Assembly: GCF_021869535.1 (NCBI RefSeq)
Contig: NW_026262671.1
Location: 6,572,001-6,636,000 of the forward strand
Source: Mytilus californianus
Taxonomy: Eukaryota
Length of the DNA stretch: 64,000 nucleotides
Reading direction: 5' to 3'
Shown in pieces: positions 12,791-25,702 of this stretch. Below the pieces are notes generated by a model, which had not been told where the DNA came from, made no database searches, and was given only the letters and a program-made list of their open reading frames with translations. The first letter of the stretch is position 1. Each line of letters begins with the position of its first letter. Made by a program: the position numbers and the translations under genes.

Positions 12791-15700
12791 GAGGGGGCGG
12801 ACAGTTTAAAGGGAGACATGCAGAGAGGGTGCGGGAGAAAAGAGAGAGGGGGCAGAAGAAAGGAGAGAAGGGGCAGGAGAAAGGAGAAAAGGGGTAGAAA
12901 AAGGAGAAAAAATGTATATTAAAATTATTAAAATTTAGCTGAAAAACAATTATCTTATTAAATTAGTTAATAAAAAGCTTCAAGAAAGTGCTAACAAAAG
13001 TAAAATAACAAAAATACTGAACTCGGAGGAAAATTAAAAAAAGGAAAGTCCGTAATCAAATGGCAAAATCAAAAGCTCAAACACATCAAACGAATGGATA
13101 ACAACTGTCATATTCCTGACTTGTTACAGATATTTTCTTATGTAGAAAATGGTGGACTAAACCTGGATTTATAGCTAGCCAAACCTCTCACTGGTATGAC
13201 AGTCGCATAAAATTTCATAAAATGTCATAGTAACGAAAGCGACCTCATAAAAACTCCGAGCGTCGTCACTAATTCATTACGATCTCTCATATACGGAGAA
13301 AGACTAAAAACTAACAATTTCCAAAATTTTATAGTGAGTCCGTGCAAGTATAGAGACACATGTCACCATCCTTGTTTTCAGATAAATTGCTTCAAAGTTG
13401 ACCGATATGCATACAATTTGGCAGATAAAGGATGACGTTACTGAGTAAAGAGTAAAGTTATTTTTACTCAGAGGTATTGAAAAAATATGTAACGGGATCT
13501 GAATCGTGTTTGTTATTTTGTTCTCACTCCCTTGTCTGGTTTCGTAAATTACCTATTAATTCTAATGATTTAATTTTATTTCGAACTAACTGGGTGCACA
13601 TTCAGCTTAGAAAAAAATATCTTCAACTTAACCCTACCAAACTAGACAAAGATAATGCCAACACTACTTCCATGCATGGATAAATTGCTCCAAAAATTTG
13701 ATTCAGTAAACAGTGATTTTCAAGTACAATTTGAATTGATTGATTTGAGGTTGCAAAATGTCCGGTGGCAAATATTTCAGGCATGTTCAGGACGACACAA
13801 TACAATTTGAAATAGTTGTGTCTAAAAGACACATTTTTAATGCAGCCATCAGAAAATGGTTACTAATAAAACATTCCGTCGGTTGTAAAAGTGATATATA
13901 TAATAATACATATTTTTAAGATAGTACATGTATATACAATGTATGATGTAAACGTGTGGGTTGTGTGTAGACAAACCTTGCAAACTGTATTTCAAAAATA
14001 CATTTGAAAAGACAAATTTCAACAATCTGTCATTTGAGAAAAAATATACAATAAAAAAATCCTGAGAATATGGACAATTTTGGTATATATATATATACTA
14101 ACAACAAGTACATAATGTAAAGTTGAAGCTAAAAAAAATATAGCACTAAAAAATAAGTTGTATAAACCCTTAGCTATATACTAATGAGGGACGGGCGGTC
14201 AAATTTACACGGGTAAAACAAAATATATACTAAGCGTATATGATTATGTTCTGACTATTTTACAAGGCATTTGGTGACAAAATATATTTTTCAATAAGCA
14301 GTTCATTGTGGAATGTAATTGGGAAATCTCAATTGTATAGCATGTCCAATTCAAACAACAAAACACACCCATCCCTGTACACCCAATTGTAAATTAACAT
14401 GAATCTTAATCAAAATGGTGTTAAAATGTCCGTTTTTATGCCCCTCAACTGAAAGTTGGGAGGCATATTGTTTTACACCAGTCCGTACGTCCGTCCGTCT
14501 GTCTGTCCGTCTGTCAGTTCGTCCCATTATATAGTTATTCTGCATAACTCCTCATACAGTTTGAATCCTAGGAAGTTTTCACTTTGCCTATGTTTGTACA
14601 TATATTGAAGGTGTACATGTGGTCAGGGTTTTGATTTTTATTAAAATTTGCTCTTTTGGGAAATAGTTGAACTTTGTCATTTTTGGGGTATAAGCGGTTA
14701 AATGTTATAGTTATTTTAAAATAACACTTTGCATATGCGGGAGCATCAATTGTGACTCCCAGACACAATACTATCTCAAAGAAAGTCCTACATTGACTTT
14801 GTTATAATACAATTACTTCAGTGTGGAGTGCGGAGGCATCACTTTGTCTAGCTTCAGTTTGTTTCTGTCGTTTTAAGAAATAAAGGTAAACAAACATATC
14901 TCTTTAAATTTATTTTTTTTTTGCGTTCGAAGCGCTTTTCTGGATTTACCTTTATCAAAGCACCGTTTATTCATTTATTGGTTGGCCACTGTTTTTTAAT
15001 GAATCGTGTGATTGTAAATTTCGAGAAATAATTTGTTTTGAAATACGGAATTAAAAGAAAAATATGTAACTAATTTTATTTCATCCAAAAGGGTGCACAT
15101 TAAGTGTTGATATCTTAAAATGTGAAGCCTTAGTTAACTTTTTCCTCATTCCGATGTTGCTGTCCCGTGTAAACTGCGCTCATACGATAACAGTGTTGGC
15201 AATTTATTTTTTACAAGCTTCCGCAATCATATTTTCTGTACAGTCCTATAATATTCAGAATCTGGTTACATTTGAACATAGGGAAAGTTATGCGGCAAAA
15301 AAACCAAGTTCAAAGACAATTTAGTTATTCTTCTTTGTTAATTCCCCTCCAACAAACCATGTTCTGCCTGATTTTCCGCGGCTGCTTGTACTATGCATTT
15401 TCGCCAAATTATATCCAATATTCTTTTCAAAATGATTTTTTTTTCTATTTTGCAAGCAGCGTTTTTCGGCAACCATTATTAAAAGAATGAGTTTCTTGGC
15501 GAAATTGCACCAATAGTGGCACAAAAGTTCAGTGTATTTTCACACATTATCCTGCGTTTCTATAATTTGGATTTATACTTAAAAAAGAATCATCGGGAAA
15601 CGGCGTGCATCAGACTTATAAAATTCAATGAAAACATACAGCTTAAAATTATATAAGTCAGTGAAAAAGTTATTGAGGTTCTTGGAGTAGAAGAAACAAC

Positions 15701-15883
15701 ACTTCTATCTTGTGAAGGGATAAGACAGGGACGAGCCATAAAAAAAAGGCATTTGATCGATTAGTTTTTCATGTTTTAGGGCGGGAGTCAAGAGAAATGG
15801 GGCGGGAGAAAGGAGAAGAGGGACGGAAGAAAGGAGAAGCGGGGCGGTAGAAGGGAGAAAGGTACCCCTGTCTGCCCCCTCGT
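12791..15883. mobile_element. Probable non-autonomous TTAA-target (Kolobok-like) TIR element with nested repeats
   Basis: Left end ttaa|gagggggcggacag; right end ctgtctgccccctc(gt)|ttaa. Purine-rich ggggcgggagaaaggagaa-type subterminal repeats lie near both ends (12800-12910, 15780-15860). Right junction is imperfect. Confidence 0.5.
14432..14760 (+). repeat. Bivalve HINE/pearl-like non-autonomous element with (CGTC/TGTC)n microsatellite
   Basis: tttttatgcccc...gggaggcata short hairpin followed by gtccgtacgtccgtccgtctgtctgtccgtctgtc. Family assignment is from recalled architecture only. Confidence 0.55.
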
Positions 15884-17736
15884 TTAATGGCGCCTAAGGT
15901 CAAGACATTGGTCACGTGATAAAAGTTCAGAGTTTACCGTTTATTTGTGAACGTGTACACGTCGTGTTTATTTTTACATCGTATCGTCTTATTGAAACTA
16001 GAACATAAAAAAAACTTGCAGTTTCCAAATCTTGAGTAAATAATTTCATTATTCTGTATACTTATTTAAGAAAGGTGTTGCAAAAGTATTCTAAAACGAT
16101 GATTGAAGTGAAATCTTTTTTTGGAGAAAATTTGCGTAGGTCTACGGAAAATCCCACATTATTCCTTAAATAGGTTTGGTAACGTATAGAGGGGTACAAA
16201 ATATGAAGTAAAACCATTTTTTGGTTCTTATTTTATTCATTATTGATCCCAAAAACCCCGCATACGAATTTGTGTCAGCTTATTCGTGGCGAAGTGGAAC
16301 TCAAAGGGAGATAACTCCGTACACGCATAGTAGGAAATTGCAAGTTCACAACAGTAAATTCGAGTAAAATTAAAGATTGAACTTATATTTCGACACTTTC
16401 TTGTAAAACTATTCCATATCGCATGTTCCTTTTCTTATGTCACAGCAAAATAGTTCTGTAATGGTCCAATATGTCATTATTTCAAGTAATTACATGTTTT
16501 TGAAACTTCCAAAGTACAAAATTATAGATAAATAACTTTTCTCTGAAACTTGGGCCTATAAATTGCTAAACATTGTATATTCTCAAACACCCTTTTGATA
16601 GATGGAATGATACAAGTATTTGTTCTTCTTTCTTTGTATCAATATTCTTAGAAAGCATATGAAAATAAACTCAGTGTTTGTTCATGTAGAATGTTAGTAT
16701 ATGATAGTAGAAAAGTTTTTAATATTAATTTCACTTTAAAATTAGACTTTAATTAATTCAATTTATATATATAAATAAAGTATCTAAAATAGAAAGTTTT
16801 TACTCTGGTGCATTGAAAATGTTGCATCAGAAATGAGTTTAAACAAAGTTATTTAGCTTGAAGAACTTATCTATAGGTTCTTTGTCACTTTGTATGCTGA
16901 TCATATTGAGAAAAATGAGTGATATTATACATTCTAACACAGCATCAATTGAGAAACAATAGTTTTCTCCTCTAGACATTTTAGTTTTCAAGATGCAAGG
17001 CTTGCTTATCAATATACATAGTTAAGATTTCACTGTTAAGAGTGGCGAAATAACTTTTTGACAGATATGTTGTATGGGAATGTTTCTCTTGATACTTTTA
17101 GACAATAAATTTATGTTACCAACTATCAATTTTTTTCCTACTATGATCTGCAAAGAGATGGGTTCTTTCTGTGTGACATCATTGATCATTAGGCTAATTA
17201 TTAGTAGCTTTTTTTCCTGATGTAACAATGCATATGGCAAATTCTGAGAAAAGCAAGAACCTTTCAGCAGATCCAGCCCTTTTATAAAGAGAGGAGGGAT
17301 TATTCCATATAACAGAACAATATATATTTTTATTTCATGCCAAAAGTTATATACAAGAAGGGTTCATCATCAGTACAATATAAATTTGCATTACATTAAA
17401 ATACAATCTATACTATTAAATGAGGAGACCTCATTTTGTGTGTCGCTTCTCTTCCTTCCACAATAAATTAATCATCATGCCTCTGTGTCCTGTAGGTACC
17501 ATGCATAGTCGCATTTGTCATTCTTGCTTATGATTATTCCGTATGAGTTATTTTGGTAGGAACACGAAAAAAAAGACGTCCGGATATTGTTTCCGTCATT
17601 GGAAGAAATTTTAAGTCAGACTAGACTTCCGGTTTGCGTTTTTCTGTAGACTTTGAACATACATATACTATGAATAAAGTGTATTTGATATCTGCTATCA
17701 TTTTCAAGTTTACTATCCACGGCGGTCTCAGAGTTT

Positions 17737-18330
17737 ATTAAATAGAGAGGGTCTATATATTATATATCAATGACCGCCGTGGATCGATTAGTAAACTGAG
17801 AATTGATAGTAAAAAGCAAATACACTTTATTTATAGTAATGTTCATAATATACAGATAAACACTAACATTATTCATGTGTTAATGAAATTAAAAGAAAAC
17901 AAAAAAATGGGAATTTCGGAAAAAAAGGAGGAGCCGGGCTAGAAAAACAATTTTCCTGTCCCAAAGTACCTATGACTTTTCATACCTTTTCTGAAATTCT
18001 CCAGTCATAAAATCTTTTACAAAAATTCATTGGGTCACTAAGTATATTAAATAGAGAGGGTCTATATAATATATCAATGACCGCCATGGATTGATTAGCA
18101 AACTGAGATTTGATAGTAACAAGCAAATACACTTTATTTATAGTAATGAATGTTCATGATATACTAAAGGTTTGTTCATATTGATATAATAGAAAACAAA
18201 AAATGGGAATTTTGGAAAAAAGGAGGAAGGGTAGAAAAACAATTGTCCTGTCCCCAAGTACCTATGATTTTTGATACCTTTGCTGAAATTCTCCAGTTAT
18301 TAAATCTTTTACAAAAATTCCTCCTACAAC
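17737..18330 (+). repeat. ~310-bp tandem duplication within a dispersed repeat
   Basis: tattaaatagagaggggtctatat...atcaatgaccgcc...gtacctatga occurs at ~17737 and ~18045. Confidence 0.8.
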
Positions 18331-21299
18331 ACTTTACATACTTTCAACCACGCTCTGAATGTGCACATTAAATGAAAAAATAGATAATTTGCAGTGGGCA
18401 GAATCATCTTTTTTTCTTATTATACCTGCTTTAATATGAGAAACTATATAAGATGTTCAAGTTCTGTTTCTCGCTCTAAATCAAGAGAAAAAAAATTTAA
18501 CATCCAAAAGGCCAGAAAGAGATTTAAAACATTATAAATTAATCAACACAAAGAAAACTGAACAAAAAGCTGTAATGCAATATGATATCATGCAGTTCAC
18601 ATTATTTCTATTATTACAAGTTTTTGATTTTTTTTCTTAAAAATTGAATTCAAAAGACTTTCAAATAACTCTTGAGTCCTTTAATTAAACTATTGATTGA
18701 ATGATGAGTGATTAGTTAAGCTGATCAGTAAATAAAGTCTGAAAATGCATCTTTTTTTAAAAATAAATGAGTGTTATTTATATGTCATAAAGTATACAGA
18801 ATCAACTTCAAATCTAATCAAAGTTCACATTTAACTGCTCTAAAATGCATTGGCAATTCAAATAAAAAACAAAAACAAAGCTGACTTAAATACAGTATAT
18901 TCAGAATTTTTTTGAATAATGGACAAAAATGAGATATTTATTATTCTGATATCAGAAAAAATCATCAAATCAGAATGCGAGTTCTTATTAATTTTATCAC
19001 TTTATTTAATTAACTTAAAATCTCATGATTATTTCTGAATTTACAGTACTTGTCAACCTCTATGCTTAAAAAAAATAAGTATCCTAGGCCTAAATGTGGT
19101 TGAAATACTGATAATTTTGCTAACATGTACCAAAAATCTCTTTTTTATGACATAACTGGATTATTACTATTTAAGAAAAAGATGCATAAAGTTGTATAAT
19201 ATGTATTACATTTCAGAATGCTATTTTGTAATATCATCTTGATCATGATAATTGCAATAAGTTATTATTCAATTAATTAAAAAACATCAATTATTTTTGA
19301 ATTGATAGCCTTGAATCAGTACATACATGTGTTTTTTTTATTCGTCTATATACTATTCATTAGGGAATATTGAAATTAATTTTTCACAAGACAGTCATGG
19401 CATTTCACAATTACAGTGGTCATTTTAAACATAGTGACACCATTAATACAATTTTATTTTTCATGCATTATCATTGCAGAATTATTTTTCCAAATGATTT
19501 AATGTTTGTTGGTCATTTACTTCAAATACCTAACCTGTACTAAAAGAAAGAGATGTGGTATGATTGCAAATGAGATAACAGTCTAAAACTATCCACCAGA
19601 GTCCATATAAATGTGTCTGTTAGCAGTTATAAGTCACTTTACAAACACCAACAATGAATACAAACTTTCATTGTTATAGACAGATTTGGAAAAAGAGGAA
19701 TTATAGCTTTTCGGCTTACTACAAGTGAATATAAGAAATATAATAATATAAATAAGGAAATTAGAGAGGACTTAACCACTGGACTGTATATAAAGTGCTG
19801 CCTTACTAATCCTTAGAGGAGCTGCTGTATACTTAGAAACAAAGATGTTGGAGACACTACATTTTGTAGCATTTTGGCCAATCTGCTCTATTTGCTCCAA
19901 CCTATTAGAACTAATGCCAAGGGTGGGAATTAAACCCATGTATGTACATATACTCTATTTTCCTCTATGTACATACAAGTATATGTATATGACAAATATC
20001 AAATGTAAAGTAAATATGGTAATTAACATTATAAGTACAGGCTCATTTTTTTGTAAGGTCAAAGGACCTAGTTTAGGAAGTCCCTGGACCTAGCAAGACC
20101 TATTTCTTAGGCAAGGTGTATTATATAACTCTTGAAAGTTTTAAAATGCAATTGTAAGATTAATTATATCTGCTCTTAAACTATAATAACACAATAAGTA
20201 TGTTCAGTAACAACAACGTGCAATTTAAGTAAACAAACATTAATGAACGACCACGTGTTTGTCTGCTGTGCTTGAATTTAAACGACCCCATCAGCGTTAT
20301 TTACACGAATTTTTGCTACAGCAGACAGTAAACATGTCACTTTACATTATAAGTTAATAAAAAAAATGTATTTGTTGTTATGACTTGTGTATGCATGGAA
20401 ATATAATGAAGATAACATTGATTCTTACCGTACAAAAATGAATACACATCATTCCTGAGGTGTGCACACAAAACGCATCCCACTTTTGTTACAATCGATG
20501 GTAACGTATAGTCATTTATATAACAGTAAATGCCATTGGATAAGCTACCATACACAATAAATAATGTTCAAATTTATCCCCGGACACGCTTTTGTGTCAC
20601 GTTTTGTTGTGATGGTAAGGTAAACATTGAAATCCGCCATTTTGAGGTAGGTAAAAAACTTTTTTCAATCTTGGATTAAAGGATATTGCGCACATTGCCA
20701 GCGTATCATGCATAACCAGTCATGTGAAAATATATATTTTTATTTGTTTTCTATACTTAATTTTCAATGGTTGAGTCTGTTAATGTTTTAATCTCCTACA
20801 ACGGAGCATCATTCTCAAAGTCGCCATAGAAAAAAATATAGGTGGCGCTGTTTATGAGCATAAACATTTATACGGGTATGAAAACATGCATGCTGTTGAA
20901 GATGAATTTCACGGAGAGTACCATATCAAATCTTATAAATGCTATTGACGAGAATTAATTGTATATAAAATGAATCGGAAATTTTTTGAAAAGTTGATCG
21001 ACTATTAGAATTTTCACGTCACTTGACTGCCAATGAAAAACAAAATACCTATTAGATTTTTATTCAAAACACACGACCTACAGAGCACCCTAAGAAGCTA
21101 TGTTTTCAATCGTGCTTAATGGTTTATCAAGATTTGAACTTCAGATTTCAAATACCACCTTTTCACGCCGATGACAAGGAAGCTATAAAATCTAGTGTTC
21201 AAAGTGGTGAAGTTGAAATCATCAACCGTTATGGAATATTCGTTTCACCGCTGATAGTAGATATATTCCAAATGTCGATACTACAATCACATTCCCTGT

Positions 21300-21480
21300 T
21301 CCCGCATGTGACCTACCGTGTGTTATACTAACATGAGCAACACGATGGGTGCCACATGCGGAGAAGGATCTGCTCACCCTTCTGGAGCACACGAGATCTC
21401 CCCAGTTGTAGGTGCCAGTTCGTGTTGCTCAGTTTTTAGTTTTCAATGTAGTGTTTTTAGTGTTGTTATTTGATCCTTTT
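21300..21480 (+). repeat. Terminal fragment of a retroelement-associated repeat (probably Penelope-like)
   Basis: gagcaacacgatgggtgccacatgcggagaaggatctgctcacccttctggagcac resembles a common bivalve repeat end; recalled, not verified. Confidence 0.4.
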
Positions 21481-23246
21481 TAGCTATGGTGTGGTCAGTT
21501 TATTTTCGAGTTTTGAGTTTGAATGTCCCTTAGTATCACTTTCCTCTCTTTTAAACTTTTGAGAATGGAAACGAAGAATGTGTCAAAGAGAAAATAACAC
21601 AAAAGAGCAGAAAACAGCCCAAGGTGACCTTGGGTCTCCAACGCAACGAGAAAATCACATACCCGGAGTCGGGCTGCACCTGGCTCCTAAACAATAATTT
21701 ATACTATTTCAGCGAAATGGACGCCACAATAAACTCCGAAACATATTAATGAACAAAGTTTAAAACAAAAATAAACAATACTAACAACGGCTAGATATTC
21801 CTTACTTAAGCCAGTTGAATAAATGCGGTGGGTTTATTTTTTTTTTAATCTAAACTCTCCTGTCCCTCTAGCCCATGTGGAATGAAAAACATACACCAAT
21901 ACGCACAATATAACGCTGTTTAAAAGAAGTCCGGGTCTGATGTTAGAATAAATAACAGATGAAACTAAGCAAAAAGATAATGATCAACATAAAATAACAA
22001 AGTACTTTTAAAAGCAGTTATTATCATACAAGCTCCAGATCACAATTATAGATTTTGTCGTCATCATATGAAATCAAGGACAATCACTCCCGTTAGGGGT
22101 TTGATACCATGTAATCATAAACTATACGAGAAGTATATTATCCATATCATGCCAACAAGTGGTTTTAGAATATAAATGTGTTTACTTCCGTGGAAAGACC
22201 CTAATAGTGAATTAATATTGATTATTTGATTTAACGAAAGAAATCTTTGTATTACTGGAAAAAATTACACCAGGGATTTCGATATCAAAAAATAGATTTT
22301 ATCATTGGTAAAAGGACATTATTGGTAAGATAATGTTCAGAAATCTAATACATTCAGGTATTTCACTCTCCATCTTTTATTGAAATATTCTATATAAAGC
22401 ACACAAATATCACTATTCACTTAAAAGTCTTTAAACAGTCGTATTTGTTGTTACATACACAAGCGTACCGAAAAGTTGAGATATGATGGTGCCAACAGAG
22501 CGTCACAATCTCAAAATGGATACATACAGATGGGTGCAGTCCTAACCTGTATAGCAAGTTAACTTGATATCCAGTCATTTGGACTGGTCAAAGTTAACCT
22601 GTGACAGGATTTAGGACTGCTCTGACCAGTCCTAGCACCACAATCTAGATAACTTGAAAAGCGGACTTGGTCCTATGACTGTTTGTATGTCTGCCGAAAA
22701 AGTTAACTTGGAAACAGGTCCGCTATTGCTATAAGTTAACTTCGAAACCAGTTCTGCCATAAGTTAACACAAGTTTACTTTGATTTTGACAACTCCTATC
22801 GAACCAGACCTGATCTCAAGTTAACTTTTGGCCTGGTCTACTCAACACTAAGTTAACTTGTAACCAGGACCGCTCTACATCGATTTTTTTTAAATATTTT
22901 TTAATGTCTTTGTTTCTTGGTATAAACATAGAAAAATAAAGTCAATTTAATACTTCCGTGATATAAACATGATTAAATACATGTAGCTCCGTGTTGAAGA
23001 CCGTACTTTGACCTATAATGGTTTACTTTCATAAATTTTGACTTGGATGGAGAGTTGTCTCATTGGCACTCATACGACATCTTTTTATATCTTTTTGTAA
23101 ATAAAGTACGCATAAAACTTTGCTTGTTTATATACAAATTTATCCGTGATCTGCCTTTCTATATATTAAAAAAAACCGATAATTTTTACAATGCTAACGA
23201 GCTGAATATATATTCCAATACATATCAAATTCTTTAAATCGTATTA

Positions 23247-24800
23247 ACCATATTTGCACTTTATAATGTAAATCTATATAGCCGCATAATAATTCAGTTA
23301 TATTTTATATCAAGATGTATTGTATAATACAAATGACAGCAATATTGGAACATAATGTGAATACAAAATTTTGTCCGTATAAATCTAGATTGCCAGTATG
23401 TCCGCTTTTTAATCAAAATATTGTCTCGCAACAAAATTTCAGTAGTTTTGATACCTCAGGCTGACTCCTATAACAAAATTATTTGACCGCATCAACCAAA
23501 ACTGACCATATTTGCACTTTATTCTGTAAATCTATATAGCCGCACAGTAAATCAGCAACTATTTTTATGTCAGGATTTAATGTATAATACAAATGACAGC
23601 AATATTGGAACACAACAACTACAAATTTTTGTCCGCATAAATTTAGAGTGCCAGCATGTCCTCCTTTTGTTCAATATATTGATACGTAACAAAATTTCAG
23701 TAGTTTTAATACCTCAGGCTGACTCGTATAGCAAAATTATTTGACCGTATCAACCAAAACTTACCATATTTGCACTTTATCATGTAAATCTTTATAGCCG
23801 CATAATAATTCAGTAATATTTTAAGTCAGGAAGTATTGTATAATACAATTGACAACAATATTGGAACATAATGTGAATGCAAAATTTTGTCTGTATCAAT
23901 CTAGATTGCCAGCATGTCCTCTTTTTAATCAAAATATTGTCTCGCAACAAAATTTCAGTAGTTTTGATACCTAAGGCTGACTCCTATAACAATATTATTT
24001 GATCGCATCAACAAAAACTGACCATATTTGCACTTTATTTTGTAAATCTATATAGCCACATTGTAAATCAGCAACTATTTTTATGTCAGGATTTAATGTA
24101 TAATACAAATGACAGCAATATTGGAACACAACAACTACAAAGTTTTGTCCGCATAAATTTAGAGTGCCAGCATGTCCTCCTTTTGTTCAATATACATGAT
24201 ATATTGCTACCTAACTAAATTTCAGTAGTTTTGATACCCCAGGCTGACTTGTATAGCAAAATTATTTGACCATATCAACCAAAACTGACCAAATTGGCAC
24301 TTTATTATGTAAATCTTTAGAGCCGCATACTAATTCAGTAATATTTTTATGTCAGGATTTAATGTATAATACAAATGACAGTAATATTGAAACACAATGC
24401 ATACAAAATATTGTCTGCATACATTTAGAGTGCCAGCATGTCCTCCTGTTGTTCAATATATTGATATGTAACAACACTTCAGTACTTTTGATACCTCAGG
24501 CTGACTGGTATAGCAAAATTGTTTGACCGTATCAACTCAAACTTACCATATTTGCACTATGGTATGTAAATCTATATGGCTGCATTATATTTAATCAGAA
24601 GTTTTTTTATGTCAGGATGTACTGTATTATAATACAAATGAAAGCAATATTGGAAAACAATGAATGCAATATCTTTTCCGCATCAATTTAGATTGTCAGC
24701 ATTTCATCTCTGTATTCATGATATTAGACCATCACTAAAGTTAGTAGTTCAGGATGGTGTGTATAACAAAACTATTTGACAGCATCATCCAACACTGACA
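23247..24800 (+). repeat. ~258-bp tandem satellite, ~6 copies, with alternating subtypes
   Basis: accatatttgcacttt-type anchors at 23247, 23505, 23763, 24021, 24288 and 24545. Confidence 0.92.
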
Positions 24801-25512
24801 TGTCTGATTTCCATTTTACTTTATAATGAAAAGTATAAGAAGTTCTCTTCTGGGAATAGTATTCTGTTAGTACATTATGTCGGTTGATTGATTTTGTTTG
24901 TAGCTAAACCTCAAGTGGCAACTATTTCATTCATGTGCACAACGAGTATATTTTTTGGAAGTCCCATATCATCATTTTTAATCGGTAAAGACAAATCTGA
25001 CGAAATTGACGAGATTGTTCATAATTATTCAACACCTTATGTATCCGGACACTGTACAATTTTCGCTAGAATATTTTGTCGAAAACAGAATCGTAAATCC
25101 GAGGCAAACAAGGTGAATTACGATGAAAAAGGATGAAATATCCATGTAATGCATAAAATTAATTTAGGAAGAGACTGTAAAAAATGGGGAACGAAGCAAC
25201 GTCGACAATGATGTTGATATTCCATGACATAAAAATATTGTTCCGATGCGTTGGATAACCTTTCTATCCGCCTTCTAATTAAATAAAATCTTTCCTTTCG
25301 TTAATGATAGCTGTATGTGATCACAAGTGTGTAATTTTATAGCCATTGTTTAATGTATATAAGAATATGAAATGAAAAAAGATTGTTTTTTAATGTGTAT
25401 AATATCGTTAGAGTCTAACGAGTAAAGAAATTTGCTATACTTTGAAAAAAGAACAATGCGATTATTGTTTACATACTAAAATCAAAAGTCTTAAACACGG
25501 TAATCTGTCATA

Positions 25513-25702
25513 AGCAGACCTGTTCCCAGGTCTGGTCAATAGCAGACTTGTCCACAGGTCTGGTCAGGAGCAGACCTGTCCACAGGTCTGGTCTGGAGCA
25601 GACCTGTCCACAGGTCTGGTCTGGGGCAGACCTGTCCTCAGGACTGGTAAAAAGCAGACTTATCCACAGGTCTGGTCTGGAGCAGACCTGTCAATAGGTC
25701 TG
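25513..25702 (+). repeat. 28-bp tandem repeat (agcagacctgtccacaggtctggtctgg), ~6.8 copies, internally palindromic
   Basis: Units start at 25513 with a 28-bp period through 25681. Core agacctgt-cc-acaggtct is an inverted repeat. Confidence 0.92.

Noticed and set aside
25513-25702. Palindromic 28-bp repeats resembling a CRISPR array
   Set aside because: Repeats are head-to-tail with no unique spacers, there are no cas genes, and the context is eukaryotic, inside a TIR element.
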